DNA of 62,340 nucleotides, the filler included, from Choristocarpus tenellus KU-1152 (taxonomy: Eukaryota; Protista; Phaeophyceae): NCBI GenBank assembly GCA_964200185.2. It is 14 parts of 14 records of this genome, joined end to end, with 100 filler letters (N's around TTAATTAATTAA, not from the genome) between each part and the next. Parts side by side here need not be neighbours in the genome. Positions count along the whole stretch, not along the records: positions 8,516 to 19,995 come from CAXNAD020002292.1; positions 20,096 to 24,902 come from CAXNAD020012985.1; 12 more parts are not named here. One strand, 5' to 3'. The notes beneath the pieces were generated by a model. It had not been told where the DNA came from. It ran no database searches and saw only the letters and a list, made by a program, of their open reading frames with translations. Positions 11,095 through 24,352 of this stretch are shown here, piece by piece (the first letter of the stretch is position 1; every line of letters begins with the position of its first letter). Both the position numbers and the translations under genes were made by a program.

Positions 11095-14000
11095 ATGCGT
11101 TACGAAGATTATCATAGTGGGACATGCGAAGTTGAAGTGGAATTCGAAAACTTCTCTTCATCAGTCCACGGTGCAGCACCCCACAACTTGAATCCAGGGC
11201 GTTGTTATCAACCGCAGCGTGTACTCCTCCTCTCTCCAGGTACGGATTGTCTCCAATCCATCCCGGGTGGGAGAGTATCATTAGGTAACGGCATGGCGGA
11301 TAGCGCTGATGCTGAAGACAAGTATGTGCAACGAATCCAGGCTTTCCCAGAGAGTGAAGAGAAGCGTGTGATATCTTTCGTGCTCTATGGAAGTGATCCA
11401 AAGTATACCAGGTAGGGGCCAAAGAGATTCAACGTGTTATTCGGAGCTAATGGGAGACCTTATGTAAGGACTATTGATTAAGTGACTAACCTCGTTCTGA
11501 TTTCGATAAATCACGGGAAGGATATCTCTTGCTCATCGTTCGATGACTTGGCAGGATGATGGTGCCACATACGTTTGTCTTCGGTTAGATTGGGCGCTCT
11601 ATTCTTGTCAAGTTCGCTTCTTGCCTTGGAATAGATTTACACTTGTTATTCCAAGGCATACCTTGCTCTTTCAAAACTGGTAAACCCGGTCACAGGTCAA
11701 CACACTTGGTTGTGTATGTATTTTTTTCTGCACTGCCCTTCTCATTTTATCTCGCTAAACCTCCTCTTGAAGTCCTACCTTGCTCCCCTTGCTCCACTGT
11801 ACTATTCAGGGGGGCAGTAAGGAATGCACAACTTAAAGACAGGTTATTCCCCGGATGGGAGTGCCGCTTCTATGTTACTCCTGATGTGCCTCCCAGTGTC
11901 GTGCATGAGCTGCAGGAGACTGGAGCAGGTGTGAGATATAGATTACGCCGCATTTCTGCACATGATCTTGTGGATACTATTTTTCACTGAAGCAATCGTT
12001 TTCTCTTTGCGATACCAAATTATGAACAACGGTCCTGAATGGGTTCAGTGGACTTAAACTTTTTTGGTTGAGACTGACGGGATGGTCCAGCCAGTTTTCC
12101 TCTTTGTTTCTTGCCTTCGCCATGTTGCACCTTAAACCCTCCCCACCTTAAATCTCTGGGGTCTGTTCTTCTTCCCCCCTACCTTACCATGAAGACACAA
12201 TTGAGGTGTCATCACCAGGCATGCACTGGCGCTTCATGCCAGCTGATGACCCCAGTGTGGATAGGTTCATTGTTAGGGACGTGGACTCAAGGCTCAACAC
12301 AAGGTACAGAATTCGCTGGTTTTGATCTGGAAATGGGTGAGGATAATCAGAATGGATAAAAGTGAAGGACAATGCGGGACTGAGAAGGGCTGGAGAAAAG
12401 GGGATCCTATGCACTTGAGTGCTTGAATTATAGTATACAGTGGTGGCTTCCCTTTGCTGGGTTATTATGCTAGCATGATCTACCTCTGGAAGCAAGTAGA
12501 ATATGTATTTGTCACATCTTTTGTTCATTACTCTCAACCTTGCCTCAATACTGCTGGTATGGATATACTTCGGGTACAATGGCGCAAAGGCAAGGTGCAG
12601 CCTGGTGGTTACTGTAATTGACAGGGGGATGGAATAGGACGTGTTTTCTTTGTGGGGTGAGATGCTAGTAGGAATATACAACTAGATAACTTATATGTGA
12701 TAGATTTTGTTCCCCTTCCATAATCAGGGCTTTTCATTGGTTCAGTCAATTAGCATGTACAATGTTGACCATACGGCCGCTGACCGATACGTGGCGCGGC
12801 CATGTTGAAATGATCGATTACCATGGACTTGTTCATTTTGGAACTTGGTTATACATGGCCAGTGGCAGCCCCAGTCATGTTGAGTAAGTGACGGCCATGA
12901 GCTTGACCATGTTAGCAATTTATGTATGGTCGGTTTGATTTTTTTTTTATAACCGGGAAACCGAGTCATGACCATGCCTCCTAATTTATATTTTTACCAC
13001 TCTTTTTGAATATTGTATCCTTTATTCCAAACTTCTACTTTCAAGTATATTAAATGTATTGCACATTGTGATATTTCTCTATTTTTTTATATTGTGTTTT
13101 TTTTAGAACATTTTAGATTGTAAATTTAGTACAAATGCATTGTTGGGTGTCTGAGGTTATTTGTGATCTGATGGTGTGTTTAATGTCTCGTGTTCATACT
13201 TCTTGTCTAACATATAGTAGCCATGGTCTGGACATGCAAGGAAATTAGGTAGACTGGCCGACCAGTGGACATGGACGAGGAAAATATCCTATCGAAATGA
13301 TCCGGAGGTGTCAGAGAATGTTTGACGTGGTCTGTCCGGGAGACATGGACCGTTTCAATACCTAGTGGGCATGGACCAGGACACTTTCTATAATTCTGGG
13401 ACTGGTCTGGACATGGACATGGACTGGGACAAATTAAATATCTATGGGACCAGTCTCTCTGGTGGATGGGACGATTTGGATTTGCTGTCTTGGTGAAAAG
13501 CCCTGCCCTTAATGCCTTGTTCAATGCTCCTCTGCATTAATCTTTATTTGATGTACTATTTTTGCAGGGACCGCATTGCTGTGGAGGAGTGGATCCGTTC
13601 TAACCTTAGCTTGCATGTGATGCGTGACCACCCGTGTCACTCTCATTACCCCATGAATGGGGGAATGTGGGGCCTCAAGAAGGGAGCCCTCAATGTGAGT
13701 TGGAAGTCCAAAGGACGGTAGTGATCCCTCGCAGCCCACTCTTCAGAGATTGCAATAGACACCAGCCCCATACTCCTGTATAATCCTCAGACCTTTGTGT
13801 CCAGTTCTAGATGCGATTGTTCTACCTGTAGGCCAGTGATGTTTTTCACACCTTACTGACACCAGAAGGGCTTGAAATGCAATGGAAACCACAACTAATT
13901 CCTCTCACCCCTTTTCCTCCCAAGTAGCTCCCCCTCCCCTCTCCCTTGCCTGCCTACTGTGGTTGCCTCATTTCTTTCTCCATTGGAGGATGTGGGTGAG

Positions 14001-15583
14001 TGTTCACTTGGGACATTGTATTATCTGTTTGCAGATGCCCCCTTTACCCTCTTCTACACCACGTTCTCTGTTTTGTACACACGATTGTCCACTCGCCTAC
14101 CACCTCCTCTTGAACTTCCTTATGCCTGCCCACAGGGCCTCCTAATACCGAAAACCACCCAACTTGTCGCTCCACTCTTTCCCTCTCTCACCAACTCCTG
14201 CCTCCATGTGTACAAATCCTTCAAATTGTGCTCTATCTATGGCTGTTGAAAAAGGAGAGCATGAGCATGCTTGTCAACAAGTGGGCGGCATTGCAAAATG
14301 CGTGGCTTTGGTACGGGGGCCAGCATGAAGATGTGACCTCAAAATACATGGCGGATATGGAGTTTCTGAAGTCTGAGATATGGCCGCGCCTGTGGCAAGA
14401 TAGCATCACCCATGACACATACTCCTGCCAATTGTTTGAAGGCAAGGTCTTTGCCTTCCCAACCCAGCGCCCATTCAACTTTCAGGTTTGTTTTGAAGGA
14501 GTTTCATATTTTGTTGTCATGGGTGGGTGGGGTGGCCTGGATGGAGTGGGAGGGTAGGGGGAAGGAGGGCATGGAGAAGTCATGGAGAACAGTTTACCTC
14601 TCCTCATTAAGGGTTTCTTCATTGCAGTTGCTTTTGTCCAGACCGCATCATGGTGCTGCTTTGTGCAGCCAGGATATCCATTTTATAATATATATCATAT
14701 ATTGGACCAGAGTGAATGCACTGAGCTATATGGGGAATGTAGAGATTAATACGTAAGATCAGAGTTTTGCACGGTGTTAGGATACTTTCGGGGGGGGGTT
14801 GTTTCTGGTTGCATGCTTCTTTTTTTTCTTTTTACATGCTTGTCGTTCTATGTGCTACAAGGTAGAGAAAGTGTTGTGAGTATTGTTGCCTCAGTAGTGC
14901 TCCTTTGATGCAGTGAGAAATGCATCCCTTTGCAGTACGTGTCCACACTAACAAAAACATAGAATGACAATAAATGGATTTTGACAGATCATACAGGCTG
15001 CAGCTCATATTCTGCTGTGGTGCTGTTATGCTTGTGCCCAAATCATTACTTGGTTGTGTTGTGATCATTGATCTGATAAATAATATTGATGGTAAATAGA
15101 GTATTTTAGTGCCACTGTTACAGTGTAGTCCTGGGTATTGATGTTATTGGCATCAGGGTTAGGGTTAAGGTTGGGGCTAGATCCGCATTGTATTATGTAG
15201 TTTTCTGTTGTACTTGTGAGAACAAGCGGTAATCATCGGCCATGATAGACAGTATGGATGGGAGTTGATCGGTTCTCCCTAGCAGTATCTCAAAAGTGCG
15301 ATTTATTTTTGATCAACAATTGCTTGCACAAGCAATGAGAGTGGCTGTTAGAAATGAATTCGCACCAGAATCTTTTCCAGCTTACCCCGACAGACACATC
15401 CTAGTTCTTCCACACTGTGTTGACCGCCTTTCTCTCTCCTCCCGATAGCATGTTGGGCAGGTGTTTGATGCAGAGGACAATCCTCGCATGTCTGACATCG
15501 TCACCACGTGCTGCGGAAGTATCATGGCCAAGACTTACTCTCCACCAGAATGTCGGAGGCACAAAAGTTGGATGTATGGGTAG
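11095..15583 (+). CDS. Conserved uncharacterised protein, putative glycosyltransferase. Exons 11095-11411, 11810-11928, 12195-12303, 13568-13694, 14255-14485, 15449-15583 (5' end uncertain, possibly from 10862)
   Basis: All GT-AG junctions are phase-consistent. The spliced protein has the family motifs VISFVLYG..PKY..GAVRNA..FPGWECRFY, GMHWRF..DD..VDRFIVRDVDSRL..R...AVEEW, HVMRDHP.H, GGMWG, DMEFL..IWP, HDTYSC, FPTQR and HVGQ. The DxD (DVD) motif suggests a GT-A fold; function is inferred. Confidence 0.9.
12725..13505. mobile_element. Non-autonomous hAT-like DNA transposon (781 bp) in intron 3
   Basis: Perfect 12-bp TIR CAGGGCTTTTCA / TGAAAAGCCCTG, an imperfect 8-bp TSD (TCCATAAT / CCCTTAAT), subterminal GACCA/TGGAC motif clusters and an AT-rich core. 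Confidence 0.8.
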
Positions 15584-17079
15584 TTCAGAGGTTTATGCTC
15601 TTTTATTTTTTCATTTTGTTGCGTGGACCTTCCCATACGAGTTGTTTCTTTTTGAAGAGAAATGTTAGGTGTTCTTGAAGGTAAGAGGTATGTGTATATA
15701 AATATTTTCTGGGTACTAGATGTTGGTAACGCTGTGGCATGGTGGTGCTGGTTGCATCATCTTGCAGTGTGGTGGCAACATGCCTTTCTGTTGTATGCAC
15801 GGGTGGTTAAACTCCACTTTTCTGCCCTGAAGGGAATCAAGGCAAGACTTTTACGGACCCACCCATCACACTTTGGACACACTTCATTCTGTTTTTGTTG
15901 TTCTGGTTTGACAATTTTTTAGATACGCCTCGTCTACAGGTGAGATGGATGGTTTTTTTCTTATTGAGATGAAGAAAGTTTGTCTTTGTGTTTGGAGGAA
16001 GGGGGGGGGCATAATGTGTGTTTTACGTTTGATGAAACTTGTCTACATTATGAGCCATGGGTATTAACTGCACATGTCTCCGTGCATGTGTGACAGAGTT
16101 CTCATATTGCGTAATGTACATGTTGTCAAATGGGAGTGGGATGGTTATGTAGTGATTGGAACTCCAAATGGTAGAATATGCCAGAAATGTGTTGTGTGTG
16201 TGCTTGACAAAGGTAGGGAGCTGTATATGCGTGTCACAGACTGTGTTTAACGGACCTGTGTTGTCCCAAGTGATACACAATGTGTGTGTGAATGTGACTG
16301 TGAGATTGGAGAGGATTGGTGTTGCGTGGATTTTTGTCTTGCTTAAAAAGCACAAAATATGTGTACTATTACAACCAGACTTGAATATTCTCTGAAAATA
16401 TCCTTTAAAGTGTTTCAATATATTTCAGGGCTTCGCACTAGACTGGGTAGTTGTAATGGTGCTGGGCAATGAGTCAGCTTGGAGCCAAAGTAGCTAAGAT
16501 GTAAGCAGGTTTGGACCCTTTTGCACTCTATGCTATCTTTCTTGCCCTGTGCATGTATCATCCTTTTGTCATCATCTTTTTGCCATGCCTCATCCTTAAA
16601 ATACTAATTTTCCCACCTTTCAATTGGTCTGAATTTTGGTAAGAATGTTTTGAAGGGGGGTCAGGCTAGGATCGCAAGAATTCTAGTGGGGCTTGACCAT
16701 TGGCCAGTTCAAGATATATTTTGAAAAGGCTGGGCTGGGCCCAACAACTTCATATTATACTTCCCTCATTCGAAATTATGTAGCATAACGTTTGCAAGTC
16801 TGTTCTCACTCAGGAACCCACGTGATGAACAGCCTGGACTAGGCTTAGGTATCATACAGATTAGGAGGTATGCAAAGTTTGAGATGGTAGGCTGTCATAG
16901 CTGTGGAGGATTTTAGCATTGCAAAGTCGACCAAGTCGCATTTGGCAGGTTTCGAAAATCTTGTGAAACTGTCCAAGCGGGTGTTTATTGTGATGCCTAG
17001 GACACAGGCCTCCCATTGTTCGAGTGGCTCACTCATCCTGTCATCGTCTACTGGTCCCAATTCTTAGTCTCAGAAGTCT

Positions 17080-18105
17080 GTCCAGGGTCACAACTCAAAC
17101 ACCCCGACGAAGAACAGCGTGGTGGGCAATGCCTGGAGGCAAGAGGGTACGACACACTTGGATGCCTTGGGGGATGATGATAGCCATTCCAGAGGACTTC
17201 AGAATTTCTCAAATCACCGAGTTCCGTCATCTGAAGGAGTATGAAAGCCAGGTGAATGTATGGACCTTGTACGACATGGCAAGGGGAGATGTGGCTGCTG
17301 CAGAAGTATCCTCGATGCTTAGGACATCTCATCAATACATCACACATCCTTCCACAATTGGGCGGCCAAAGCTAGGATCCTTGCCTCATTCTGGGATCTG
17401 TAGCGAGTGTGAGAAGGTGAAGAATGTCAAGCAGTGGATCACACCAGTCCTCTTGGGCTAGCACAAAGTTAACAGGTTGGCTTTTGTCATCAGTCACACG
17501 CGCAGGATGGGTGCAAGTGGGGTATTTGTGGACAATCTGTATGACTGGGTGCATGTGGGCGAGAAGGGGCTTTACATCGTCAAAGAAGGGCAAGGGGTGT
17601 ACCTGCAGCCCACTTAGGACCACCCCAACTCCCCACCCAGAATAGGCGTTACATTATGAATGTCACGTTCCTTCCAGCTGTGGCCCGCCCTAGGAAGCTG
17701 TCCTAATGGGTGTCGTTCGATGAGAAAATTGGGATCTGGTCAATTTTAGACACTATGATTGTTCAGCGCTCCAGCAAACACCACCCCAGGGGCACCAAGG
17801 TCCTTGTGCCAGCCACGGTGGATGGGGAGAGGTGTAAGAGGCTCATGATCGAGGATGTCATCCTGGCAATGAAGGCCCGCATACCTAGGCCAGAAGGACA
17901 CACCATCTTTGTGGAGCAGGACGGGGCAAAGTCACACACCAAGGGTGGGAACATGGAGGCAATCGAGGAGGCAGTGGGGAATGATATTGTCATAGAGAAC
18001 CAGTCAGTCAACTCATCTGACCTCAACATCAACAGCCTGGGATTCTTTCATTCCATCCTACAACTGAAGGAAGATGTAGGGGTGACCAACTCAGGCTGTG
18101 TTTGA
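17080..18105 (+). mobile_element. Degenerate Tc1/mariner transposase, plant-type DD39D clade
   Basis: Fragments LYDWVHVGEKGLY, VTFL.AVARPR, FDEKIGIW, IFVEQDGAKSH and ENQSVNSSDLNINSLGFFHSI correspond to VHIDEKWFY / MFLAAVARPR / QQDNA.PH / QPPNSPDLNVLDLGFF. It has stops, frameshifts and substituted catalytic Asp residues. Confidence 0.9.
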
Positions 18106-18299
18106 TATAATAGAAGAATATGAGACACTTCTATATTTTGTTGTCAACAGATATCATCCAATATCAATCCGATAAAGTTTGTACCTCCAGCAAATTTGTC
18201 CATGTAAAATATTACACTCTTTTGCTTTGCTCACGAATTCTGGATTATTGTTATTTATCCTTTTTGTTAGCTTTCCGCCCTCTCTACTCCTCCTTCCCC

Positions 18300-18550
18300 A
18301 TTGCAACACCACTGGTGACCAAGCAGTGAGACCAACTCCGTCACTGATTTCCAGTCACCCCCTAATAATGCGGCTAGCCTTCGAAACTGGTTTCCAGTCA
18401 CAAAAAAAATCCAATGACCAACCAATGCAACCAACTTTTGCCACTGGTTTCCAGCCACCAACTTGTGTGACCAAGCTTTGCCACTGATTTCCAGTCACCA
18501 GCCATAGCTGATGACCAGCCAGTGCGACCAACATGACCAATTTCCGGGAA
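18300..18550. repeat. Cluster of short GACCAA / CCAGTCAC / CACTGRTTTCCAG motifs, resembling a DNA-transposon subterminal region
   Basis: CTG(G/A)TTTCCAG(T/C)CAC is repeated four times within 200 bp. Confidence 0.5.
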
Positions 18551-19525
18551 TTCATCCACCTTCCTCCACACCATTCAACCCCACAACACTTTCCACTCCC
18601 CTACATCACTCAAAACCACTCCACAATCATCCAAGAACACCACTTCAATATCCACTTCAGTGCCGCGCCTTTGAACTAGAAGACATCTACCCTGCCCAAA
18701 CTTGACCTCCCCCCCCCCCCTTTCCCCAGCATCTCATTCGATCGTTAGTAATCGAAAGGATGAGTGGATGGGAAGGTTTGCTCATAGGTTGCGTTGTTCT
18801 AATCCTGCTTGTCCTGTCCCACAAACCTCAAGTTTACCTTTTGTTCTGTCCCTTCCCTTCCCACCTCTTCTGCCTTCAAGGCACCTGGCACTCAACTCTT
18901 TGTCCACCTTCTCATTATTTCCTTTTACCCTAATCAACACTCCACTCCCCATACATCTCTTTTATTTTCCTGTTGCCACCCTCTCCCCCAACCCCCAACC
19001 CCCCACCTCTTGAGTTGGAACAACACGTAAAGGTGAGTTGTTGAGGGATTTGAAATTTCAGTTATAAATCCTGTCAAATGTTACAGGTTCTATGCGCTCC
19101 CTACAATGCACAGTTACTTGTGATGGCAAGAGAAGATTGTTGATGAAAGTTACATCTGTTGTTCCACATAATTTTGATGGATTGCCATCCTATAGGTACA
19201 AGTGCTTATCATTTTACGCACACTATTCAATATTACTGCATAGAGGATTCCCTGTTGAGAGGCAAAGGTGCACAGCTGACTCCCAATCACAATATCTTGC
19301 TGGCCTGTGCCTCCTCATCTCAGAGGATCACCTCTCTGACTGGGATGAAGCACTTCGATTCCGTAAAGATGTATCTTGTCCTCCCTCCATTGCAATAGAA
19401 GCATTTCATGGCATGAGGAATAAATCGCCAGGTTATGCAGAGTTGGGCTCCTCTACAACATCTAGTGCGACTTTCATAGCGTAGTGTGCCACACTCTGGC
19501 AACAGCACAACTACTACCTTCCAGA

Positions 19526-19708
19526 CCCAAATTATCTGGTGGTGGTGGTGGGGGGGTCTAAACCAGGGTGTCCATTTGGATCATGACTAGGAAAAGGGCA
19601 CTTACGATATCCATCCGACCTATGTAACCAAATCACACAAAAATCGCGACATGAAAAAATTGACCCCAAATGGACAGCCAGGACCCCCCCCCCCCAGATA
19701 CTTTGAGT
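19526..19708 (+). mobile_element. MITE family B copy (~180 bp)
   Basis: CCCAAATTATCTGG(G-rich)...CAGGGTGTCCATTTGG...CCAAATGGACAGCC...CCCCCCAGATACTTTGAG. Inverted termini. Confidence 0.75.
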
Positions 19709-20145
19709 TCTAACTGCCTGGAATGGGTATCGACTGACTATGGAGTTACAAAAGTAACACGTAATTTTAGAATTATGTCAAGTGGTATTATCACTCCTCA
19801 TCACACAGAACTTATTCAAACCTATAATCATAATAACAATAAATCTAGAAGAACAAAACAAATCATTCTGATTCCATGAAAACATCTTTTTCTAACCAAA
19901 CGATTCCAACTTCGGGATAGTTGCCCTCCAATACTGCTGTTACAGGCGCCCCTCAATGCTCACCTTCCAGGATGTACAACTCAAATCCAACTACCNNNNN
20001 NNNNNNNNNNNNNNNNNNNNNNNNNNNNNNNNNNNNNNNTTAATTAATTAANNNNNNNNNNNNNNNNNNNNNNNNNNNNNNNNNNNNNNNNNNNNGAGTT
20101 AGGATGGGGGCTGTTCCAATGGGGATGGGGGTATTGTGCTGTTGA

Positions 20146-20333
20146 GGTTTAAAGTTTCTGGGGGGGGGGGGGTGTCGGCGTCCGTTTTTCACCCTTTTTT
20201 CGATTTTCACTATTTTTTTTGTGTGATTTGGTCGCACGTGTCGTCGGATTCGAAATGTCAGCAAAAAAAAGAGTTGTTTGACCGAAACGGACGCCCCCTC
20301 ACAAACCACTCCCCCCCCCAGATACTTTGACCC
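20146..20333 (-). mobile_element. MITE family B-related copy
   Basis: GGTTTAAAGTTTCTGGGGGG...GTGTGATTTGGTCGCA...CCCCCCAGATACTTTGACCC. Inverted termini. Confidence 0.65.
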
Positions 20334-21960
20334 TTGACGTAACTCTCTTGATATGTCGTACGCATGTCCTATAGAGGTTTACATGTGTGTTGCTCGTTGT
20401 CCCCTCCTCATAATAGCACATCTCCAAAATATTAGTGTGAATTGTCAAGTGAAAGTACTACCGCTGGATGTGTAGGTGCTATACATAAAATACCCATAAT
20501 ATATGTGGCATACATCACTAAAATCGAAACTCTCCGCAGATGATCGCGCGGCAACTAATCGCAAGGAGGCACGATCATCCCACCACCACAATAAAACCTT
20601 TCGTTGTTTCTCTTTGTAGGAAAAACATCATCAATCAGAGAATGTCACAATTATATGATGATTTGAATTTTGTATACACACAACAGCTATAAATTCGACT
20701 CAACAATTACGAAATAATCATTTTTAACGAGACTATCATTCCATCATTCCGGGACCCCCGTCCTACTACTACAAAGACTGGCGTTAATGCTACTTTGATA
20801 CATGATTGGGAGGAAGTTTGTGTATGATGTGGTGTGTTTTGTGCATTTTAGGTATTATTATTGATTTTTGTTGTTCTATTAAATATAACTGGAAAGAGTG
20901 AGAATCGAAACTCTGACAAAACCCTCCAACAAAGTCAAAAAGGATTAAAATAGTGTGCCGAAAAACGCAAAGAAACTTCAGGAGGGATAAACAAAAATGG
21001 ATAAGATGTAAGGGAAAGACCAAAACAAGTCGTTCAACGATTCTCTAAGGCTCGCCAAAAAAAACAAGAAACAACAACCATTCGAGGCTCTCACTTTCTT
21101 GACCGAAACAACACCTCCTCTTCCCCTGTGCTTGGGATAGGGTGAGGACTAGCGGACCAAACAAAGAACTGGACCACTGTTAGTTAGGGGTAGGTGTGAG
21201 GGAGAATCATTGCTTGCGAAGGAGCATCGTGTCAACGTCTTCTTTGTAGTGGACGACGGCCTTCTTAGACCGATTTGGACTCCCACAAGTTCTATCCCCA
21301 TCGTCTCATCAGGAGGTGAGAAAACCGGGTCGTTTCTCATCTTCTGTATTTACTCCGCTCCTATCTCCTGTCATCAATCCCGGGTGGTGCTGGTAAGGGG
21401 AAGGGTGCGTGACTTAGACACCTTAATGACCAAGAGGACCTTCGTGGGCTAGCAAGAAGATGCTGGTCGAAAGTCTTGACATTGTGCCAGTCCTTAAATG
21501 GTTTCTCGATCACAGAGAAAGTCCTCATATTTGATATTCCAAACGAATATTCTCCCGACCCTAACGTGACAGGGACTGTGCTTGGTTATGAATTCGCTTT
21601 GGTGCTCTCTCGGTCTATTTGACAGTGTACCCTGGACCAATGATCTCTATTACCATACGATCGGATTGAACAATGTGTTCATGCGTAGAAAGTGCATCTC
21701 ACCCTTCTCTATAGATAACAATTCACATCACTTCTACTCCGTGCTCGATTCTTAACTCGAACTTCCTCATTTGACCTGGACTTCGGCTCGTCAATTTCTT
21801 GGACTAGCTGTCCTTCCCCCCCTCGTAGCCCTTGAGCGCTATCGGGGAGACGGGACTTAACGTCCCGGAGAGAAAGGGTGTGTCTGGTGGGTAGGAAGAG
21901 TACCAGGGTCGTAGAAGCTTGGCGTAAGGAAGGAGCGGCACGCGTTACACGGTGGCAGTG

Positions 21961-24352
21961 ATGGACCCCGTCGAAGCTTCGGAGGAGGCAGGGCGGGATT
22001 TGGACGGGTCGCACTTCCCGCGCAGACAGGTAAAATGAACAAGTTCGAATGTAGTCTGTTTTTCAATCGTACTACTAGGGGAAGGGCAGAGGTCGACTTC
22101 TATTCACTGTAGTTGATATTGCGGTTCGGAGTGACACAGCGGATAATGACAGGGAAGTCACATGCCTATTTTAAAGAATCAGTTTTTGCCCTTTGACGGT
22201 GTTCAAATCTCATAGTTTTATCCGCAATTGTCTGATCAGGATGCAATCGCAGGAAAACCTCCTTGTAACGGCATTTTTTTGTAAGCTCTATACACAGCAA
22301 ATCTCGCATGTTCTGACAGGAGCTTTCACCTATCACATTTTTTGATGCCTTCAAATGTGGAGTGGGATTGGAGAAATTACCTCTTTTTGTTCTGATTATT
22401 GAGAACACTGACTCTATTTGTGAGCTATTTGTCGAGATCTGCCGGACAAGTCTATTTTTTGAGCTGCCTTCCTGAGTAGAAGTGCTTGTTGACATCTCTC
22501 AGTGGCTAGTCACTTCTTTCCCTTTGTACAGAAGAAAACAATGAAACCATTTTTCTCTACTGTTTGGTCGCTTAAAGCAACTAATGCAGTATGTTTGCGT
22601 TTTTCCCCTTCTTGTTTGAGCTCACTTACTTAAGGGCTGGAATGTATTTCTATATGTAGACTAATATGATATACATGCACCTCTCCCCCCTCCTTGGATG
22701 TGAAGAAATCATGTTGTGCTAATGTGATCCCTCAAGATATGTGATGTGAATGCCAGGATGTCCCACAACAGTAGCGTGGGGCATTGGTTGTTGTGGGGGG
22801 GATATTTTGAATGTTATTTTTTAGTCTGGTACGGTCTTTTATATTGATACTTGTATATTGATACTTTTATATTGATACTTTTATCCACAGATGCAAGTGT
22901 GTATGCTCACATATTTATTGAGTATCAATAATACTTTTCATCATATCTTCTGGATGTAGGGGGTCACCTGTAGAACTTTTATTGCGTAAAATATGCAGAA
23001 GTATAAATGTTTCTCACGTATTTTTTTGCTGTGCACAACAACATTGGCAGAGTTAAGGTGTTCCACCTCCTACGTAAGATTAGCCAATTAATGTGAACAT
23101 GAGAATTTTGATGCTTGATGTGGCTCACCTGGGGAGTGGTCAGATCTCAGTATTTTCACTGTGATTCCCCCTTTCTCTTCCACCCCCCCACCTTTCCTCC
23201 ATGTCCCACTGTGTGTTGTTCAATATGGAGATTTCATGTAACATGATGTAGGGATGAATCATTTGCTTACAGCCTGGATTGGCTGACTCCAAGCCAGTTG
23301 CCCTCCTTGTTTTGTTTATTAGCCTGTGGGGTGTGTGAGGGTTAAGTATAACCTCTTGATGTGAAGATGTGCTTACAGAAATTATTGATTGGGTCAATGG
23401 TCAGGTTGTTCTAGGTCGTGGTAATTATACATTTTTTTTTATGTGGGGCAAGAGGGGGTGCAATATGGGGATTTGCTTTGTAGGGGGCATATACATACAA
23501 GCAAAGGGCACAAGTTTTTTGTGTATCATGAATTTTTTGTGTTTTTCTTTTTTAGTTTCTGGTATGTCGTCCCTGCTTTGTTATATGGTAGGTTCTTTTT
23601 CTACTGTTGAAGAAATACATTCCTTTTTACAAAATTTCATTGCGAGGGAAGGCGTATCTCTACACGTTATGTTCTTAGAATGTGAATGAGACCTGAAAAA
23701 TTCCAAGAGTATTTTTCTAGTTTTTTTTCTAGGATTTTTCTCCCTAACAAGAGCGACACACACAGCTTGTTGATTGTTGATTGTTGATTGTTGATTGTTG
23801 ATTGTTGATTGTGTAAGTTGATTGCAGTGCTTTTTGAGTTGGCAAGAAGATACACGGCCTTTTTCTGCGTCTCAACACAGCCATTGCGTCCACGGTTCAT
23901 CCCCTCGAGAGCAGAAATTGAACAGAAATTGAACAGAAATTTCTTATCATTAGTTTTCTTCTCTAGCTAGGCATTCTGTGTGCGCTATGTGTGGTTTTAC
24001 GCCATAGATACATAGATACATAGATACATGGGGTCACTCACCCCTCCCCCTTCGGCTTTCCTTCCCGTGTCCCCACGTGGTTGGCATTGTTTTTGCCTTT
24101 TTCTCTGTCATTTCTACCTCTGTATTCCTCTCTCCTTTCTTAGTGCTCCCCCCCCCTCTCCCCCCCTTCCACCCTCCCCTCTCCTTCATTTTTTTTATGC
24201 TCCCTTCTGTAGCCGGGGGCAAAGTATTCTCACCGGCGTGCGGCATCATCCCCAGCGATCGACCATGACTTCTTGGGAAACAGCATGTTCTCCAGTCCCT
24301 TTGGAGCTCCGGGAGAGAACACTTCAACAGTCAACGGCCTCTTTTCGCCCAG
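21961..24352 (+). CDS. Hypothetical protein, first two coding exons (21961-22029, 24213-24352), truncated by contig end
   Basis: ATG...CAG|GTAAAA, then a pyrimidine tract and TAG acceptor give in-frame MDPVEASEEAGRDLDGSHFPRRQ-PGAKYSHRRAASSPAIDHDFLGNSMFSSPFGAPG... The upstream region is CpG-rich. No recognisable domain. Confidence 0.55.
23767..23812. repeat. (TTGTTGA)n microsatellite
   Basis: Six tandem 7-mers. Confidence 0.95.

Noticed and set aside
19030-19484. Possible exons (AAAG|GTGAGT donor; ORF ..SQYLAGLCLLISEDHLSDWDEALRF..)
   Set aside because: No consistent gene model or homology. It may be transposon debris.
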